From NCBI GenBank assembly GCA_964234715.1, contig OZ174285.1: a stretch of 64,000 nt of DNA. The stretch is one strand, 5' to 3'. Below are positions 1-12,387 of the stretch, in pieces. Below the pieces are notes generated by a model. The model did no database searches, had not been told where the DNA came from, and saw only the letters and a program-made list of their open reading frames with translations. A program made the translations under genes and the position numbers. The stretch is from Podarcis melisellensis. Taxonomy: Eukaryota. Position 1 is the first letter of the stretch. Each line of letters starts with the position of its first letter.

Positions 1-185
1 CACCTTGTTTTAGCGGGGGGAAACAAGAGGGGGGAAATTCTCCCCCTCTCTGCGCAGCGCCTCCTGCCGCTTCGCTGAAGGGGCGCTGGGCAGAGAGGGG
101 GAGATTTTTTTTTCTTGTTCTCCCGCCTCTAAAACAAGGTGCGTCCTATTGTCCGGTGCGTCCTATGGTGCGAAAAGTACGGTAC
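1..185. mobile_element. Right part of a Tc1/mariner(pogo/Tigger)-like MITE, truncated by the window edge
   Basis: Internal palindrome CACCTTGTTTTAG...CTAAAACAAGGTG; ends ...GAAAAGTACGG-TA, typical of TA-targeting MITE termini. Confidence 0.6.
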
Positions 186-1086
186 TAAAACTTCATAATT
201 TCCATAAAGATAATAAATTGGTCTAATCATTTACAATGATTTTCTTCCAGAAAATCTAAAGCATATCAGGATTTTGTATCAGAAGACTAAATATCTGACT
301 TCTCTACTTTGTTCTGACACAGAGCAATTATATTGTCTCAGTCAAACTTTGATTTATACTTATCTAAGCAGGTAAGCATGCATGACATGTATCCATGGAA
401 TAAACCTACTTCAAACCATTCATAAAACTGTTTGGCCTCTTTGAATGAAAGAGACTGAATGAATCCCAAGTAGCATTTTCAATATGAATTACAAATACAA
501 GGCTTAAAAACTGGCTCCCTATCGCTGGCAGTTTTCTTCTTGCTCCTTTAACGTGTTGGAATGGCCTCAAACATTCTCTGTGCTAAGGGGTCAGGATCTA
601 TCCCAGGATATTAAGTGCAAGTAGAACAGATTGCTTTCATTTTGTCTTTATCCTAACTGGTTATCCATAACTATGAGATATGAAGGCATCACAGGGTTAA
701 ATCAAACAGGCCAAAAAGCATATGGGCAAGAACACGTATGGGAGTATTTAAATGGAGAAAGGTTTGTCACACTGAACAACTGTGAACTGAAATAGCTATG
801 AAAACCCCGTAAACACGTTAGGAAGTATTTCAACCCTTAAACTGTTATGTGTAGGAGCTCCTTCATTATGTAAAAAGATATATATGAGCATTTGGAAGCC
901 GCAGCTCAGATGGGTTTATTGTAATTTGCAAGGTGGAGGAAATAATCTCTATATTTATCCTCTATAATTATCTACCATACTTTGCAGGCATGTTTAACAG
1001 CCAATGGGTGGGAGGATGTCTGGATTTCTGCTCTACAACAGCCATACCCAGGAAATCCTTTTTTGTTGTCGGATAGAAGTGGTGAA

Positions 1087-2164
1087 GGGATGCGGGTGGC
1101 GCTGTGGGTTAAACCACAAGAGCCTAGGACTTGCCAATCAGAAGGTCAGCAGTTCAAATCCCCGCAACGGGGTGAGCTCCTGTTGCTCGTTCCCTGCTCC
1201 TGCCAACCTAGCGGTTCGAAAGCATATCAAAGTGCAAGTAGATAAATATGTACTGCTCCAGCGGGAAGGTAAACGGCGTTTCTGTGCGTTGCTCTGGTTT
1301 GCCAGAAGCAGCTTTGTCATGCTGGCCACATGACCCGGAAGCTGTACGCCGGCTCCCTCAGCCAGTAATAATAATAATAATAATAAATTTTATTTATATC
1401 CCGCCCTCCCCAGCCAAAGCCAGGCTCAGGGCGGCTAACAACAATAAAACAGTACAAAAGTACAGTACAAACAACACTCTAAAATCATTCATTATAAAAT
1501 TGATTCAAATCAAGCCACTGGCAACCATTGTGCCAGAGCTCCACGAAGATTGCCGAGGGAGGGAGTCAGGCTGTGCCCTGGCCCAAGGCCTGGTGGAACA
1601 GCTCTGTCTTGCAGGCCCTGCGGAAAGATGTCAAGTCCCGCAGGGCCCTAGTCCCTAGTGACAGAGCGTTCCACCAGATCGGAGCCACAGCCGAAAAAGC
1701 CCTGGCTCTAGTTGAGGCCAGCCTAACTTCTCTGTGGCCTGGGACCTTCAAGATGTTTTTATTTGAAGACCGTAAGTTTCTCTGTGGGGCATACCAGGAG
1801 AGGCGGTCCCGTAGGTACGAGGGTCCTAGGCCGTATAGGGCTTTAAAGGTTAAAACCAGCACCTTAAACCTGATCCTGTACTCCACCGGGAGCCAGTGCA
1901 GCTGGTATAGCACTGGGTGAATGTGGTCTCGCAGCGAAGACCCTGTAAGGAGTCTCGCTGCAGCATTCTGCACCCGCTGGAGTTTCTGGGTCAGTCTCAA
2001 GGGCAGCCCCACGTAGAGCGAGTTACAATAATCCAGTCTGGAGGTGACCATCGCGTGGATCACAGTGGCTAGGTCAGGGCGAGAGAGGTAAAGCGAGATG
2101 AGCCCTGCAACCCCAGAGTCGGTCACGACTGGACCTAATGGTCAGGGGTCCCTTTACCTTTACC
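1087..2164 (+). mobile_element. Sauria (Squam1) SINE split by an L2 insertion (SINE parts ~1087-1368 and ~2089-2164)
   Basis: Head GGGATGCGGGTGGCGCTGTGGGTTAAACC, tail CCTTTACCTTTACC, flanking repeat TAGAAGTGGT on both sides; colinear with six other copies in the window. Confidence 0.93.
1369..2088 (-). mobile_element. 5'-truncated L2-clade LINE (ORF2 C-terminus, 3' UTR and (ATT)n tail)
   Basis: Uninterrupted frame ...VTSRLDYCNSLYVGLP...QKLQRVQNAAARLL...LHWLPVEYRIRFK... is the standard L2 ORF2 end. Confidence 0.92.
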
Positions 2165-3301
2165 TAGAAGTGGTACATCTTTTAAGTGAAATCTTCAGCT
2201 AGTGCTCACAAAAGCATTTGGGGGCAGCAGGAAGATAAAAGCTCCTGGGGGCGGATGCACTTTGTGTGTCTCTCCCCTCCCCCATGTTTTTAAGGAAGAA
2301 GCTGAGCCCCCTCAATAACCAGTGGCAACGTCACAACATGGTGCGCAGGGTGTCATGATGTCACAAGACATCACAAGCACAACGTCAGGCTGTCACGAGC
2401 AGGACATTACGTGTGTGGTATCACAGCATTACATGTGACATTGGCTCCCTCGATCATGGGCACAAGCTGCTGCCAATGATCCTTACTTCTCATGCCCACG
2501 TGTAATGGGCCCCTGTAAGACCCTATTTAAGTTACAGTCGACACCTTCCATCTTCTAAACTGCTTATCATAAGCTGCATTTAAGTTGCAAAATGAAAATC
2601 AGAGCATCTAAACTAAAAGACTAAGAGCGTATAAATTAATCACTGGCCACCGGGAGCAAAATTATTCATATTATCTGCCTCTTTTTTAATGCAACGTAAA
2701 AACCCAAGCACTATAGACATCAAGATACATGTGATTTAATATATTTCAATGAAGACCGAGCTTTCTATTTCACATAAACACAGGGCAATAAATCGTGCTG
2801 CTAGGCAAACACACTCTTCTTCTACATCTGTCACTTACACCTCTATTCGCAGAACATTGTAATTACATGGTTCTGAAATGGGCAAAGTCTTAGAGCCTCC
2901 GAGGCAGCGCCAAGATTTACTGGCATACCCCTGGCAGAACAACTACTTTAGATGATTAAAAGAAACCCACCAAGGGAATACCTTTCAAATTTAGCAAGAA
3001 AAGTTATATTGACCTTTTAGTTTGTTTGCTGCATGAGTAAGAAAATGAAGAACAAAAGGATAGCAGAAAAGGCAATTCATATAGATCTATAATGAGGATC
3101 TTTATTTTCAAAGACTCCTTTGAAAACAGATGTAGACAGTCTGCATCTGCCCAATGGTGTTGCCGGTGAGCATATATCAAGATCTCAATCACCCTTTTCG
3201 CCTGTAGCATATGCAGGGAGGAAAAGGCACAGGTGACATAATCTAATGTAAACCCGTATCAAGTAACCACACCTAGCCCTGTGGACAGCAGAATTTAGAA
3301 T

Positions 3302-3432
3302 CAGTGTGGTATAGTGGTTAAGAGCAATAGTTCGTAATCTGGTGAACTGGGTTCACTTCCCCGCTCCTCCACATGCAGCTGCTGGGTGACCTTGGGCTAG
3401 TCACACTTCTCTGAAGTCTCTCAGCCTCACTC
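3302..3432 (+). mobile_element. tRNA-derived squamate SINE, 5' fragment (Squam2/3-type)
   Basis: A-box TGGTATAGTGG and B-box-like GGTTCACTTCC; near-identical to the 5' half of the copy at 3876. Confidence 0.8.
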
Positions 3433-3870
3433 TGTGCCCTGCAGTTCCCCATTGATTAATAAACAGGCCCTGTGCCCTGCAGTTCCACATTGATTAATAA
3501 ACACACAGACACGAATAATTAGGATTATGGGCTAAAACAGACCACAACTTTATTGATTACAGGTGTGAGCGGTTTGGCTTAGGCATTGGGTGAAACCAGG
3601 CTATATCTTGACTCCCGCCCGTCTGCAGGGAGTCAAACTAAGGGTGAACCACCAGAAGGGGGAGCCCTATGACTTACATCAAGTGGGGCACTCTGAGGGG
3701 TCCCCATTGGGGTCGTGGCATGGCCCTAGCCCACACCTGGGCTTCAGACAGGTTCCACACCCCCGGATCCCTTTAACACGATACCCCTATTGAGGGGGGC
3801 AGACAGAGGCTACAACCTCCCCTTCATTAAACAAAGGCTTACCTCATGCCTAACCGCCCCTTGAGCCAAA
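3433..3870 (-). mobile_element. Partial LTR-like element with duplicated terminus
   Basis: Begins TGT; terminal ~33 bp repeated at 3433 and 3471; AATAAA on minus strand near 3550; GC-rich interior. Confidence 0.5.
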
Positions 3871-3875
3871 ATGGC

Positions 3876-4125
3876 CAGTGTGGTGTAGTGGTTAAGAGCT
3901 GTAGACTCGTAATCTGGGGAACCGGGTTCACATCCCTGCTCCTCCACATGCAGCTGCTGGGTGGCCTTGGGCCAGTCACACTTCTTTGAAGTCTCTCAGC
4001 CCCACTCACCTCACAGAGTGTTTGTTGTGGGGGAGGAAGGGAAAGGAGAATGTTAGCCGCTTTGAGACTCCTTAGGGTAGTGATAAAGCGGGATATACAA
4101 TCCAAACTCCTCCTCCTCTTCTTCT
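3876..4125 (+). mobile_element. tRNA-derived squamate SINE, full length (Squam2/3-type)
   Basis: Pol III A/B boxes, CORE-like middle, (CTC/CTT)n tail. Confidence 0.85.
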
Positions 4126-6134
4126 AATTTGAGCACAAGCATGAACAATTACAGATTTTTGGGGGGGGGGCTGCATTTTTGTGCACCAAACTAGTTCACT
4201 TGTATTTAGCCGAAACATTGCAACTGATTTTGATGGACAACCACTGGCCAAAGGGAAGACAACAAGTGTGGAAGAATGAATCAAGAAGACAAAACATTCA
4301 AGCAAAATAAGGGTGTGTAATTCCCATTTCACTGTAGCATAACAAGCATGGGAGATAAATCCTCATTAACCACAGTGAGTTCTCAGAAGCTCCAGAAATG
4401 ATATCCCAAAAAAGCAGAAGACCCTAGTTATCAGTATTAAAAAAAAAAAGCTTGTATACATGAGGTGTACCAGTCCCACAACGAACACCTTTCTTGAAGG
4501 CACCCTTCATTGATACTACTGCCAATATGGAGACAGGCGGAGACAGTTTCTGCATTCCTCAAAGGTCTCTGATTCAGTACATGCAACCAAGGCGTAGAAA
4601 ATGCAGAGTAAAACTGACAATATGTTTGATTTACTCTTCAGAGACCTCTGGAACCTCAGTTCATCACAATTAACTCTAAGGGCAAGACAGTAGCTTAATA
4701 TTAGTTGCAGAAGGAGGAAACTCTGGTTTCTTTGCCAAAGTAACTAGAATTTCTAACACAAGTATTTGGGCATATTTATTTCTTTATCAAAAATAGGCAG
4801 TGAAGTAATGGCTCTTTTAGATTTGTTTTTTGAATTGGCTTAACCCTCCAGTCCTTATCCACAATTAAATGAAGCTTAAGTAGTATAAGTACATAAGCTC
4901 ATATTCATTTCCTCGTTACCCCTGATTCTCTCATTCTTTTCTTTGTTGTTAGTACCGTTGCCAACTGGCCCAGAGGGGAACTGGGGTGGTAGTCAGCTAA
5001 ATTTTACTCAGAGTAGACCCACTGAAATGAATGGCCTTAAATTAGTCATGTTTTAATACATCTACTCTGGATAAAATTTGTTGACTATCACTCCTGGCCT
5101 GGGTTGCTCCTGTACTTGTAAAAGCAACTTAATCAGCAGAAATCATAAGGCAATGTTTTCAGGGAGTGAGAGAATGAATACCATCGACAAATGTCTGCAG
5201 GCAATACTGGTATTTAAAACAAATGGAACAGAGAACACTAAATAGCTGGAAACCATAATAGTTACTTTTTCCTCTTGTCTTCCCAACTCACAAAATTCAC
5301 CCATCAGGACTAATATTTTGGATTATGAAAATTCATACAGCATCATCATACTTTGATGGTTAGGTGTAAGCAAACAATGATAGCTGTTTTCGGGTCATAG
5401 AAAATGGAGAAAAGATCCTGATGTTCTTCTCCTTTTCCTATAGGAATGTGAAGAATGAGAGGTTCTCACTAGGAGTTCAAAGCTTTTTGGTCTGTGACTG
5501 TGACACTGTCCATCTAGAGGAATTAGATTCTGAGGTCAGTCATGCTGCACAAAACTAAATCTTTGATTTCCGGATAATTTAGAAGGGGAGAAAAGTACAA
5601 CCTGCCTCTCTTCCTGAAACTCTTTGCTTTCAAACTTTACATATGTGAGAGCTACATCTTAGCTGTCTTGTCAAGGCATGTTAAAAACAAAGAACTATCC
5701 AAAGATAAGTTGACTTTATTTTAATTTCATAAATCATTTGCATTTTGAGGATGAAAAACAGGCTTGTAAAATAAAGCAGCTGAGAGCTTTAATTTGCCTG
5801 TCATTCGGGTAGCGTTGATTCCATCAACCTTGGTGATCCTGCAGGGGTCATTTATTTTTTACAGAGAAGAAATGACCTTGAACAGCTCCTTTGCTGTACT
5901 CTGCATAAACCTTCCACTGGAAGGCCAAAGATTAAACCAACTAAGGAGTCAGAACTTCATCTGCCACCAGATTCACCCAAGTGCTGCTTATAATTGGGTC
6001 CCAAGCAGGAATCATATAAGGCTCTTGTTACATTGACGGCATACCTTTGCCTTTAAATAAAGGGTGCAGGGTGTGTGTTTTAATACAACTTTCCAGCATA
6101 GCCACAGATTAGGACATTAGTACCTTAAAGAGGG

Positions 6135-6487
6135 AGACGCGGGTGGTGCTGTGGGTTAAACCACAGAGCCTAGGACTTGCTGATCAGAAGGTCAGCGATT
6201 CAAATCCCCGCGATGGGGTGAGCTCCCGTTGCTCGGTCCCTGCTCCTGCCAACCTAGCAGTTCGAAAGCACGTCAAAGTACAAGTAGATAAATAGGTACC
6301 GCTCTGGCGGGAAGGTAAACGCTGTTTCCGTGTGCTGCTCTGGTTTGCCAGAAGCGGCTTAGTCACGCTGGCCACATGACCTGGAAGCTGTATGCCGGCT
6401 CCCTCGGCCAATAAAGCGAGATGAGCGCCGCAACCCCAGAGTCGGTCACGACTGGACCTAATGGTCAGGGGTCCCTTTACCTTTACC
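6135..6487 (+). mobile_element. Sauria SINE
   Basis: Full-length copy; TSD TTAAAGAGGG (6125-6134/6488-6497). Confidence 0.95.
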
Positions 6488-7690
6488 TTAAAGAGGGCTT
6501 TAACACTTTCACAGCTGCTATAGTCCTGATCTAGATAGGAGGCCCTGTGCCTGCATTTTTCATACGAAGACATCCCTCCTAAAACACACTCAGTTCATTC
6601 AAACCCTCCACCTTTCCCCCCACAAAGGCTTTATATCCACTGCCCCTCGAGTTTTGCACTGCTTGGGAAATGAGTGCCACGAAGCAACCTGCCACAGTTA
6701 TATGTTATTTTCCTGGAGAAGCTGTAAACCTGCCTTGCTACTTTAAAAAGCACTCAGGGTGATACATGCACCTATTTCCCCACACAGCAGATGCAGCCCA
6801 TATAAGAAATTTATCAGTTGTGAACTAGCCCTAAAAAAGCAGCATCTCGGCAGGTAGTCTTCCCCAACCGTCATTTCATTATAGCTGCTTAGAAGTGGTA
6901 TAAGTTTAGAAGTTTGCTTTAGTTCACCACTCAAAGTAGACACCCACAAAGCATGAATGAAGGCATGGAAGTTCTCTGCCTCTCCCACTCCCTACCTCTT
7001 TTTGTGGAAAGGTTGGGTAGCGACTAGATGAATTTCTGGTGGTTTCTTCATATAAAAAACACACACACAAAAAACAGCATTTTGCCACATTTCAGGGAAG
7101 CTGCTAATGGCACAGCATTGTGATTCAAAGGCACCAGCTTTTAAAAAATAAAGGAACCAAGTTCTGCATGACTAAATTGTACTGATGCATTTATAGCTCT
7201 GACCTGTTCAAGTTGTTCTTGAGCACTGCCCACAGGACAGGATTTGCTTTCAGCTTGATACCAGAAGGCTGTGAGCTGACCGTGGGGATTCGGCAACACC
7301 AACAGCAAGGGAAGAGGGAGAGATGACTAGTCAGAACACCCACAAGCAATGTGTAGAGGCAAGCCGCATTGGCCCACTTCTCCTAAATTCTTAGGCATCA
7401 AAACTTCCACTAAAAACAAAACCACGTCTTCTTGTATTCCCTTGTTTCAGTTGCCAAAAGATTCTCAATTCAGGGAAATATAAGAGCCAAGAAAAAGGCT
7501 CTTCAGTTTGGTACCAATTTTCAACTGGAAAAAAAACTGGCTAGATTGCACCATTGCCACAAAATTCATGCCTCTAAATTCAATCCTTCTCTGCCCCACT
7601 CACACACATCAAAATCTCCAAAAAGTCAATACCATTTGCCCATTTTAAATCCTTTTTTACTTTCTTGTGCCCCAGGCAGAGCCTTTTGTC

Positions 7691-8011
7691 CAGGGGTAGG
7701 CAACCTAAGGCCCGTGGGCCAGATGCAGCCCAATTGCCTTCTCAATCCGGCCCACAGACGGTCCGGGAATCAGCATGTTTTCACATGAGTGGAATGTGTC
7801 CTTTTATTTAAAATGCACCTCTGGGGTATTTGTGGGACCTGCCTGGTATTTTTACATGGGTAGAATGTGTGCTTTTATTTAAAATGCATCTCTGGGTTAT
7901 TTGTGGGGCATAGGAATTCGTTCATATTTTTTTTCAAAATATAGTCCGGCCAACCACATGGTCTGAGGGACATTGGACCGGCCCACAGCTGAAAAAGGTT
8001 GCTGACCCCTG
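7691..8011. mobile_element. hAT (Charlie-like) MITE
   Basis: TIRs CAGGGGTAGGCAACCT / AGGTTGCTGACCCCTG; 8-bp TSD CTTTTGTC/TTTTTGTC. Confidence 0.9.
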
Positions 8012-8540
8012 TTTTTGTCCAACATATTCAGAGTGCTTAATCATGCTGACGGACAAGCTAGCCCCACACCCTGCAATCAACTGTATGCAACTAACCAAGC
8101 TCAGAAACCCCTAACCTCTCAACAATAGCAATAAAAATAAATGAATAAACAAAGGACCTACCCACATGATGCTGACACAGCCTCCCTACACCAATAATAG
8201 GCAACAGAATTAAAGAACAATACCCCCATCTCTCTCCTCCAACTGCAAGATGTCTATGACAAAAGTGTCTGTCACCAAACGTAAACTGCGAAAAAGACTA
8301 TGAATTGAAAGTGCAGGCAATAGGTGTGCCTTTCCCTGCTTATCTGTTTGCTTTGTTACATGAAAAAACCTTAATAAAAACTAATTAATAATCATGCTGA
8401 GGGGAAACTACAGCTTACTATGAGGTACAACGTGTGGGCATGTGCAGGTAAGAAACAACTCATCCTAAAGGGGAATGTAGCCTTATAGAGGCCATGTTAA
8501 GAATAATCGTTCAATAGCCTGAACTGGGAATGTTTACTTA

Positions 8541-8965
8541 TGTTGGGTGACCCTTCCAGCCTTCTGTCCTGAACCTCTGGCCTACCTGGTGGCAAGTCAG
8601 TATGTCAGCTCTCCAGTCCAGGGTCAATCCACGTGTCCAAAGTCCAAGCAAAGAGGGATTTGAGCAGACACAGCACCTCAGCTCTGCTTCCCTTTGGTAG
8701 TTTGCATGCTGATTGCAGCACCTGGGCTTGATGAGGCTTGTGACCCTCACCTGTTCCAAGCCTAATGCAGCTGAGGAATCACACCCCTCCTCCCAGACCT
8801 GGCGAGCCTCACCTGGCCAACTAGTAAGCAGCTGGGGCCCTTGCCTGCTACTCCCTATACCTCAGAGACTTCCAGAGTCAGGGCAGGGGCCCCTCTGGCT
8901 CTAGTGATGGGTCCTGCTGCTCTGGTTCCTGTGCACTAACTCCCATCACCTTGTCACCATCACCG
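8541..8965 (-). mobile_element. LTR-like repeat, partial; inverse copy of 34827-35423
   Basis: Shares a long near-identical core (CAGCACCTCAGCTCTGCTTCCCTTTGG...GTGACCCTCACCTGTTC) with 35130-35400 in opposite orientation; terminus TGTTGG. Confidence 0.65.
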
Positions 8966-8974
8966 TCATTTTTA

Positions 8975-8977
<3 letters not shown>

Positions 8978-9025
<48 letters not shown>

Positions 9026-9064
9026 GTCACCCATCTGACTGGGTTGCCCCAGCCACTCTTGGCA
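8978..9064 (-). mobile_element. L2 3' tip with (ATT)n microsatellite tail
   Basis: CCCATCTGACTGGGTTGCCCCAGCCACTCT matches the L2 3' end at 24000-24040. Confidence 0.75.
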
Positions 9065-9307
9065 AAAGAAAAATAGAGTTGTACCATTGAAGTCAAACAG
9101 AATCCGTTCCAGAAGTCTGTTCGACTTCCAAAACATTCGAAAACCAAAGCGCAGCTTCTGATTGGCTGCAGGAAGTTCCTGCAGCCAATCGGAAGCCACA
9201 GAAGCCTTATCAGATGTTCGAAAACCGGAACAGTCACTTCCGGGTTTCGATCATTTGGGAGTCAAAACGTTTGAGAACTAGGCTGTTCGAAAACCAAGGT
9301 ATGACTG
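9065..9307. mobile_element. Tc1/Tigger-like MITE, one end lost
   Basis: Ends AAGGTATGACTG-TA; internal palindrome GATTGGCTGCAGGAAGTTCCTGCAGCCAATC. Confidence 0.7.
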
Positions 9308-11495
9308 TAGTAAAAGCACAATACGACATCACAATATGTGATACGACATCACTCTTCCTCCTCCCCATCGCCCTGCCAACTCATTACACACACACCCAAT
9401 GTGTTCTGTGGCTCCTCTCAACTCTCCAGCATTTGGGGGGGTGCAGGAGCATGTAGGGAGAGGAAACCCCCATTACACATTACACTGAAGTCTTTGGGCT
9501 AATAGGGCAGCTTCGCTGGAGGCAAAACTAGGTGCACAATGTACCCTTCAGCTGTGAACTTGTAGCCAGCATTCAAGGGTCAGCAAGGGGCAGATTTGGT
9601 GCCACATGAGGCTGAGGTAACCAAGTTAAGGTTGTCATGACAACCACTGCCCTGTGATGGGAACCAGGTGTGGATGACATAGATGTAAATGAGGACTAGC
9701 TAATTTAGAACACTTATCAGCACCTGCCTTTCTGTTTGCTTCTGGAAATCATTGCCACCGAAAGAAAATTGTTCTCAGCTTCCACTTAAGTCACCACTTA
9801 AATATAGAAGTTGGCATAACTATTTGGTGAGTTTGTTTGGAAAACTAATTGAATTCAGAGCCCAGAGACTTTAAAGCTACTGAGAAGAGAAACTGTTAAG
9901 TAGACAGGGAGGCTAATCGCAGAATTTTTAAACTGAAATTGTTCCCAGCCCTTTCGCAGTTTGGCAAGAGAAGGCTTTCAAAGCAGGCCATGTGATGTGA
10001 TGTTGGGAAGGAATCGACAGGGATAAAGTTGCAGCAAACCATTTCGCTCAGCGGTGCCAGGTTGGCCCCAAGATCCTGCTGGCGCAAGTCGCGTGTGTGT
10101 GACATCATTCTGCTAGGCCACACCAGCCCCCCCAACATCAGGAGATGCTCTGCCAGTCGGTGCAACTCCAAGTCAGGTGTGCTAGTCCCCCCAGCTAGTG
10201 CAGCCTTCTGTGATGTCATCAAGCCTTAATCTCATCAATGATGTCATCAATATCAAGCCTTACCCCCTTGATATTGGGAGGGCTGGACCCCTTTCAAACA
10301 AATATGGAGGGGGCAGAAGACAGATCCATCCCCTAGAGTTGGCACAACTGCATTTCACTCATATTCCCTCAAAGATTTAGGCCACCTTACGCAAAATGCT
10401 AGCTTGAACACACCTCTATACTGAGAGACTATGTGTTGACACCTATACAATTACACTTCATAAAATCGCTGCTTATATTTTCAGCCCCATATGCTTTGTT
10501 GGGGAGGCATCGCTGACACCAAGCCCCTTGAAGTTAGTCATAAAGTATACACATGGTGAAAATGGTCCGTGTTATTCTTCTGCATTAAGGGGTCCATGGT
10601 AGGTACAATTTCATAATGCATAAAACAGTCCTTGGAGGAGATCAGGATAATATTACGAGAGCTGTGGCAAAACATGCAATTCGCTTTCATTATTGGCTGG
10701 AGTGCGCTGAGTAAACACCAGTTATAATAAAGCGATGCGGAAGTGGAAGGACAAAGGTATAGCAATTTGCAAATAACTGTAGTCATTTATTTGCAAAGGG
10801 TAAGCCTGGGAATCTTTTGGAAGCGCAATAAGGCTTACCAGCGTGAGCTAGGCTTTATTCGGAATTTACAAATCAGTAGCATGACATTATAATCAGGACT
10901 GGAGGCACATGCTGTAGGCACTTAAGTGTTAGCTGTCTCTACCAACACAGAACCTTGGTTCAGCAAAGCCTTACCGTATTTTACTATAGTAAAATAACCA
11001 TTGATTTAATCGGCTAGGTGAATGGACTTTCTAGGGCACAAGTAGAAGAGTGGGTTAACTGTGAGCATTGGAAGCTGCCTAATACTGATATAATCTTCTT
11101 CCCTGATCTAAGACCCCATTGGTAGAATGTGTTCCTTGCATTCAGAAAGTCCCAGTTACAGCCTTCTTTTTGCTACCTTACCCTGCAGTCCTGTGGTCTC
11201 TGCGAGGGCATCTAGAGTCTGTAAGGAAGCATTGAATCTCCCCTTCCCAAGAGAGGTGGAGAGAAAGAGGTTGCTCAGACAACAACAAGAGCACCTTGTG
11301 TGGCACTTTACAGGCTATCAAGGTTATTATTGCGCAAGACTTCATTGATTCCCTGTATGGTGGGATTGTCCCCAAATCTAACCATTTTGGATTGCTATAT
11401 TTAAAGAGATGACAAATATTGTACAGATACAGATTAAGATGAAACCACAACAAGCCCTTACTTCCGTTTTTGATGGAAACAATACAAATATTGTA

Positions 11496-11737
11496 CAGTG
11501 GTATCTCGGGTTAAGTACTTAATTCGTTCCGGAGGTCCGTTCTTAACCTGAAACTATTCTTAACCTGAAGCGCCACTTTAGCTAATGGGGCCTCCTGCTG
11601 CTGCTGCGCCACCGGAGCACAATTTCTGTTCTCATCCTGAAGCAAAGTTCTTAACCCAAGGTATTATTTCTGGGTTAGCGGAGTTTGTAACCTGAAGCGT
11701 ATGTAACCTGAAGCATATGTAATCAGAGGTACCACTG
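11496..11737. mobile_element. Tc1/Tigger-like MITE
   Basis: TIRs CAGTGGTATCTC / GAGGTACCACTG with TA TSD; same family as 32999 and 55811. Confidence 0.9.
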
Positions 11738-12387
11738 TATGTATAGAACTTGTAATATTTTTATTTGCTGGACATTTATTTATTGTACGAAAATGGAAAA
11801 TGTTAAGAGGGTTTAGGCGTGATACTCTGGTATAATATATGCTTTGCTATCTCTGAGAAGAATGCTGGTACCATTTTGAAGCCCCACAAGGATTGCTAAA
11901 CTTGCCACATTTCAAGATGTATGGCGGCATTTTATTATGTATGTAGCCATGCATCATTTACATCAACAGCTCCCAACAGCATATGTCAAACTTTGGAATC
12001 CTGAATTGATCCATTGTATTTAGCTGATGATGTAATATGTTGCCATCTGTCTTCCCTGCTATTTAGATTTTTAAAAAAGAAATTAACAAAATAAACAAAA
12101 ACAAAGATGCTATATTTGGGAGTAGGGGCACCAACTCATATTTTATAAATAGCAAACAGTTTATTACCGTTTTTTGCCTGAGCAAGGATAAAGTCACAGA
12201 CACACACAAAGAGAGAGTTTGTGGTTCACTATCGATCTCGTGAACAATTCCAGTCCTATAGGAGCACAGCCGTCGAAGCTGCATAATACTTCAGTAATTG
12301 GAGCACTCAGGCAAGCTGTCTTTTGTAACATGATTGCTCAGTGACTTGAAGACGCCTAAGTATCGTTCTAAAGAATATTATGACAAC

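Noticed and set aside
1566-2126. 186-aa ORF as a host gene
   Set aside because: L2 ORF2 tail with a start borrowed from the flanking SINE.
2786-2803. miR-16-like sequence (TAGCAGCACG on minus; extended target site on plus)
   Set aside because: No pre-miRNA hairpin on the minus strand and no supported plus-strand transcript to carry a target site.
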